From Gemmatimonadota bacterium (GTDB lineage Bacteria > Gemmatimonadota > Gemmatimonadetes > Palauibacterales > KS3-K002): a stretch of 64,000 nucleotides of DNA. The position numbers were made by a program, and so were the translations under genes. The notes under the pieces are model-generated. The model searched no databases. It had not been told where the DNA came from and saw only the letters and a program-made list of their open reading frames with translations. The DNA is taken from contig CP070812.1 in NCBI GenBank assembly GCA_020344015.1, forward strand, positions 2,385,002 through 2,449,001. The letters are read 5' to 3'. This document shows, piece by piece, positions 60,955 through 64,000 of the stretch (the first letter of the stretch is position 1; each line of letters begins with the position of its first letter).

Positions 60955-61499
60955 ATCCTGAGTAGCTCTCTGATCAAGGCTTGATTCGCCTCGGAGTCCC
61001 AGTCGGTAGCCCCAATCAATCGCTTGATGATCCGGCCCTCGCGATCGAGGACGAAGGTCTCCGGAACGCCGACCGTCTGCAGGACACGGCCGATCCGGCT
61101 CTCGGGGTCGAGGAGTATGGGGAAATCGAGCTCGAACTCGCGAACGAACTCGTCCACTTTCTCTCTATAACCTGGTCCGGTGTCGATCGAGACAGCGAGA
61201 ACCGTAAAGCCCTGCTCGTTGAAACGGCTGTAGATGTTCTGGATCGGAGGCATCTCTACCCGGCAAGGTCCGCACCACGTTGCCCAGACATTGATCAGCA
61301 CGACTTCGCCCAGATGGTCTGCAAACGCGACCTCTTCGCCGGTCAAGCTCGGCGCGCTGTACTCCGGGACCTGGTCACCGACCTCAACGCCGCGGGCGTC
61401 GCCCGTGCAGCCCAGCGCCGCCAGGCCGCCGAGTGTGGCAGCGCACAGCGCTATGCCAGCCGCCGATCTGAAACCCGAACCAAGGCTAGGATCGCTCAT
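60951..61499 (-). CDS. TlpA/ResA-like thiol-disulfide oxidoreductase (thioredoxin fold)
   Basis: Signal peptide, LINVWATWCGPCRVEMP CxxC active site. Confidence 0.8.
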   Translation of the reverse strand: MSDPSLGSGFRSAAGIALCAATLGGLAALGCTGDARGVEVGDQVPEYSAPSLTGEEVAFADHLGEVVLINVWATWCGPCRVEMPPIQNIYSRFNEQGFTVLAVSIDTGPGYREKVDEFVREFELDFPILLDPESRIGRVLQTVGVPETFVLDREGRIIKRLIGATDWDSEANQALIRELLRM

Positions 61500-62380
61500 T
61501 CGTTGCTCCCACTCGTCATCGTCGTGTCAGCTCGAACGCTCGCTGTGTCGGGCGGCGTCGTCGAGTCCACTGCCGGCGGCGGGGCGATGGCCACGGTGAC
61601 AGAAACGCGTGCGCCTCGCGCCACCTGCTCGCCGGCCACCGGCGACTGGCCCAAAACCGTGCCCGGCGCCGCCAGGCTGGCCGAGTCCTCCAACACCTCG
61701 CCGAGCCGCAACCCCAGCCGTCGCAGCGTGGCTTCCGCTTCCGCCACCGACTGCATCGCCAGATCGGGTATCTGCACGCTGCTCGCCCCGGCACTCACCA
61801 GAAGACGCACCGTACCCGGAAGGACGACCGGCGTACCGGGCGCGGGCCGCACGCCAACCACCTGCCCCACATCGGCGCTCGCGTCCAGCCGCGTCACCTC
61901 GACCTCGAAACCCGCCTGCAGCAGGATCATCTCCGCCTGCTCGCGGCTCAACCCCACGACGTCGGGCACGGGTCGCTCCGGTGGTCCGAGGCTGGTTGTG
62001 ACCCGCAGGGCTGATCCCGGTCGCGCCATCTGACCGGCCAGCGGCTCCTGGGCAACTACGGTTCCCAGCGGCTGGGCATGATGGATGGCAAGGGCCTCCT
62101 CCAAAGCGAGATCCTCTCGCTCGGTCCGCCGGCGCGCCTCCTCGACGGGCCGCCCAACGAGATCAGGCACGCGCCTCAGATCCGCGGCCACGTTGTGCGG
62201 CGGGAAGACGAAGAGCACCGCCACGAGATACCCGAGCAACAGACCGAACATAACCGCACCTGCGATTGTCACGACCAGGTGACGCGGAGACGTCACCCAC
62301 AGCCGCCATCCTGTCACACCGCGCTCGGCAGGGTCAGTCTCAGCCCAGTCGATGTCGGAGTCGTGCCGCATATGTTCCAT
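61496..62380 (-). CDS. PASTA domain-containing membrane protein (3 PASTA repeats, no kinase or transpeptidase domain)
   Basis: Short cytoplasmic N-terminus, one TM (LVVTIAGAVMFGLLLGYLVAVLFV), three PASTA-like repeats (VPDLVGRPVEEARRR…; VPDVVGLSREQAEMILLQAGFEV; IPDLAMQSVAEAEATLRRLGLRLG). Start chosen at an internal Met, overlapping the rsmB 3' end. The ORF opens at 62416. Confidence 0.65.
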   Translation of the reverse strand: MEHMRHDSDIDWAETDPAERGVTGWRLWVTSPRHLVVTIAGAVMFGLLLGYLVAVLFVFPPHNVAADLRRVPDLVGRPVEEARRRTEREDLALEEALAIHHAQPLGTVVAQEPLAGQMARPGSALRVTTSLGPPERPVPDVVGLSREQAEMILLQAGFEVEVTRLDASADVGQVVGVRPAPGTPVVLPGTVRLLVSAGASSVQIPDLAMQSVAEAEATLRRLGLRLGEVLEDSASLAAPGTVLGQSPVAGEQVARGARVSVTVAIAPPPAVDSTTPPDTASVRADTTMTSGSNE

Positions 62381-63641
62381 CCATACCATGTCGTTGCGGC
62401 AGTATCCGCAACTCACCCTCAGCGCCGAGGAAATCCGAGCTCAGACGGCCCCCTGCCGGCGCCTCCAGTCCAAAGTCCACGTGCCTTTTCAAGAACGCCT
62501 CAACCTGCTCCTCGTTCTCCTCAGGTTCCAGCGAACAGGTCGCATAAACCAGCAACCCGCCCGGTGCCAACGCTTGTGCGGCAGCCTCGAGCAGGCGCTG
62601 TTGCAGGCCGGTCAAACTCTCGAGGTCCCCAACCTGTAGCCGCCACCGCCCATCGGGATGCCGGGCAAGCGTCCCGGTCCCCGTACACGGCGCGTCGAGG
62701 AGGAGGACCTCCGCACCGGAGAGCGGCGGCCGGGTCGAGTCCGCCCGCACAACGCGCAGCTGCGACAACGCGAGGCGGGACCTCGTCTCCAAGATCCGGG
62801 CGAGCCGGGGAGCGGCGACATCGAAGGCCAAGACCTGATGGCCGCGCGCCGCCAGTAGCGCCGCCTTGCCGCCGGGTGCCGCACAAAGATCGACGACACG
62901 ACTACCCGGGTCTAGTGCCATGTACTCGAGTACCGCCGCCGCTCCAGGATCTTGCACGATTGCCTGTACCAGATCCAAGGCCCGCCGCAGCTCACTCGCG
63001 TCAATCCGCAGCGAGCTTGGGGCCTGCGGAACCGGGTCGGCCCGGATCCCAACCCCCCGCAGCCGCCGGAGCGCTTCCTCCGGCCGATCGACTACCGACA
63101 GGTGAACCGCCGGCCGAGTGTTGTTGTACTCCACGAGCTGCTCGACCTCATCGAGCGGCGCTCGCGCCAGCCAGCGCTCCACCAACCAGCGGGGGTGCGA
63201 GCCCCAGGTCGCGAAGTAGCCGACAGGGTCGCTTTCCCGCTCTGGAAAACGGAACCCATCGGCGTACTGTCGGTTAACGCGGCGCAGCACTGCATTCGTC
63301 AGCGAGCCAGCACCCCGACCGGCGCTGGCCTTTGCCAACTCCACCGCGTCCGAGACAGCGGCGTACGCCGGCACGCGATCGAGCTCCAGCAGCTGGTACA
63401 CGCCCAACCTGATGATGTCTACGACATCGCTGTCCAGTCGCCCCAAGCCGCCCTTGACGAGTGGGGCGAGCAGGTGATCGAGGCGCCCGCGCAAGCGCAG
63501 CACCCCGTAGGCCAGCTCCTGGGTCAGACGGCGGTCCGCCTCCCCCAAGCCGTCGACGCAGCTTTCGAAAGCGCGATCAGCCAGGACGCCGCGGCGCACG
63601 GCACGCAGGACTTCCAGAGCCGCCGAGCGCGCCGGAGCCAC
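62340..63641 (-). CDS. rsmB: 16S rRNA (cytosine967-C5)-methyltransferase RsmB
   Basis: NusB-like N-terminal domain plus Fmu/NOL1 MTase (DLCAAPGGKA; catalytic Cys motifs PCTGTG and ATCS). Confidence 0.9.
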   Translation of the reverse strand: MAPARSAALEVLRAVRRGVLADRAFESCVDGLGEADRRLTQELAYGVLRLRGRLDHLLAPLVKGGLGRLDSDVVDIIRLGVYQLLELDRVPAYAAVSDAVELAKASAGRGAGSLTNAVLRRVNRQYADGFRFPERESDPVGYFATWGSHPRWLVERWLARAPLDEVEQLVEYNNTRPAVHLSVVDRPEEALRRLRGVGIRADPVPQAPSSLRIDASELRRALDLVQAIVQDPGAAAVLEYMALDPGSRVVDLCAAPGGKAALLAARGHQVLAFDVAAPRLARILETRSRLALSQLRVVRADSTRPPLSGAEVLLLDAPCTGTGTLARHPDGRWRLQVGDLESLTGLQQRLLEAAAQALAPGGLLVYATCSLEPEENEEQVEAFLKRHVDFGLEAPAGGRLSSDFLGAEGELRILPQRHGMDGTYAARLRHRLG

Positions 63642-63668
63642 TCTCGCTGTTTTAGTCAGCTTCGGTCC

Positions 63669-64000
63669 TCAGTCGAGCATACCCGCCGTGGGGCTAGATG
63701 GCGTGGCCTGCTCGCGCTTAGGCATTCGACCCGCCAGGTAAGCCAGTCTCCCCGACTCGGTCGCGTACCTCATCGCTAGGGCCATGCGGACGGGATCCTT
63801 GGCCGCCGCGACGGCGGTATTCATGAGAATCCCGTCGACACCTTGTTCCATGGTCACACAGGCATCGGAGGCCGTCCCCACACCGGCATCAACGATGACC
63901 GGCACACTCACTCGGCTCTTGATCAGCCGAACGTTGAAGGGGTTGAGTAGGCCGAGCCCGCTGCCGATCGGCGAAGCGAGAGGCATCACCGCGGCGACGC
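63669..64000 (-). CDS. thiG: Thiazole synthase ThiG (partial; N-terminus beyond window end)
   Basis: C-terminal fragment [23 protein letters not shown]…[33 protein letters not shown]…SSP matches the ThiG C-terminus. Confidence 0.85.
   Translation of the reverse strand, partial: VAAVMPLASPIGSGLGLLNPFNVRLIKSRVSVPVIVDAGVGTASDACVTMEQGVDGILMNTAVAAAKDPVRMALAMRYATESGRLAYLAGRMPKREQATPSSPTAGMLD

Noticed and set aside
62078-63277. 399 aa plus-strand Pro/Arg/Ala-rich ORF
   Set aside because: It is antisense to rsmB and the PASTA gene, with extreme low-complexity composition.

Overview
The window is a 64 kb, high-GC (about two-thirds G+C by eye) chromosomal segment from a Gram-negative (diderm) bacterium. 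I found about 60 protein-coding genes, densely packed. I saw no rRNA, tRNA, CRISPR array, transposase or integrase. Most of it is core housekeeping. The lineage guess (Gemmatimonadota-like) rests only on gene content and GC and is inference.

Gene order, left to right:
- Mrp/ApbC (partial) and a NifU-like Fe-S protein.
- A Wzc-type exopolysaccharide tyrosine kinase.
- A minus-strand array: lepA, a family 9 glycosyltransferase, ROK glucokinase and PfkB kinase. It ends in an uncharacterised pair, a GHKL ATPase plus a STAS-like protein.
- A lipoprotein paired with a FadL/PorV-like outer-membrane barrel.
- DUF72, an M28 peptidase, and a DUF58 protein followed by a large BatA-N-terminal protein with no MoxR ATPase.
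- A plus-strand block: mfd, two SurA/parvulin PPIases, pdxA, ftsEX, an EnvC-like M23 activator, holB and moaC.
- Two convergent SLT lytic transglycosylases separated by a roughly 150 bp nested palindrome.
- A roughly 33 kb array coded almost entirely on the minus strand: AGXT aminotransferase, guaB, a DUF1232 cluster, acpS, an AI-2E transporter, a PspA-YbjN cluster with several small membrane proteins, DinB, DUF4198, CDP-alcohol phosphatidyltransferase, uvrA, DAG-kinase-like, htpX, tamB plus an Omp85 protein, a metallophosphoesterase, lgt, tsaD, YbbR, TlpA, a standalone PASTA protein, rsmB and thiG (partial).

The most interesting candidates for undescribed biology:
- The PspA-YbjN-PspB-like module with its small membrane proteins.
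- The orphan GHKL/STAS pair, which is tightly translationally coupled.
- An AI-2E transporter gene with no canonical start codon before its first transmembrane helices.
- The lipoprotein plus outer-membrane barrel pair.
- The long palindromic element between the two transglycosylase genes.
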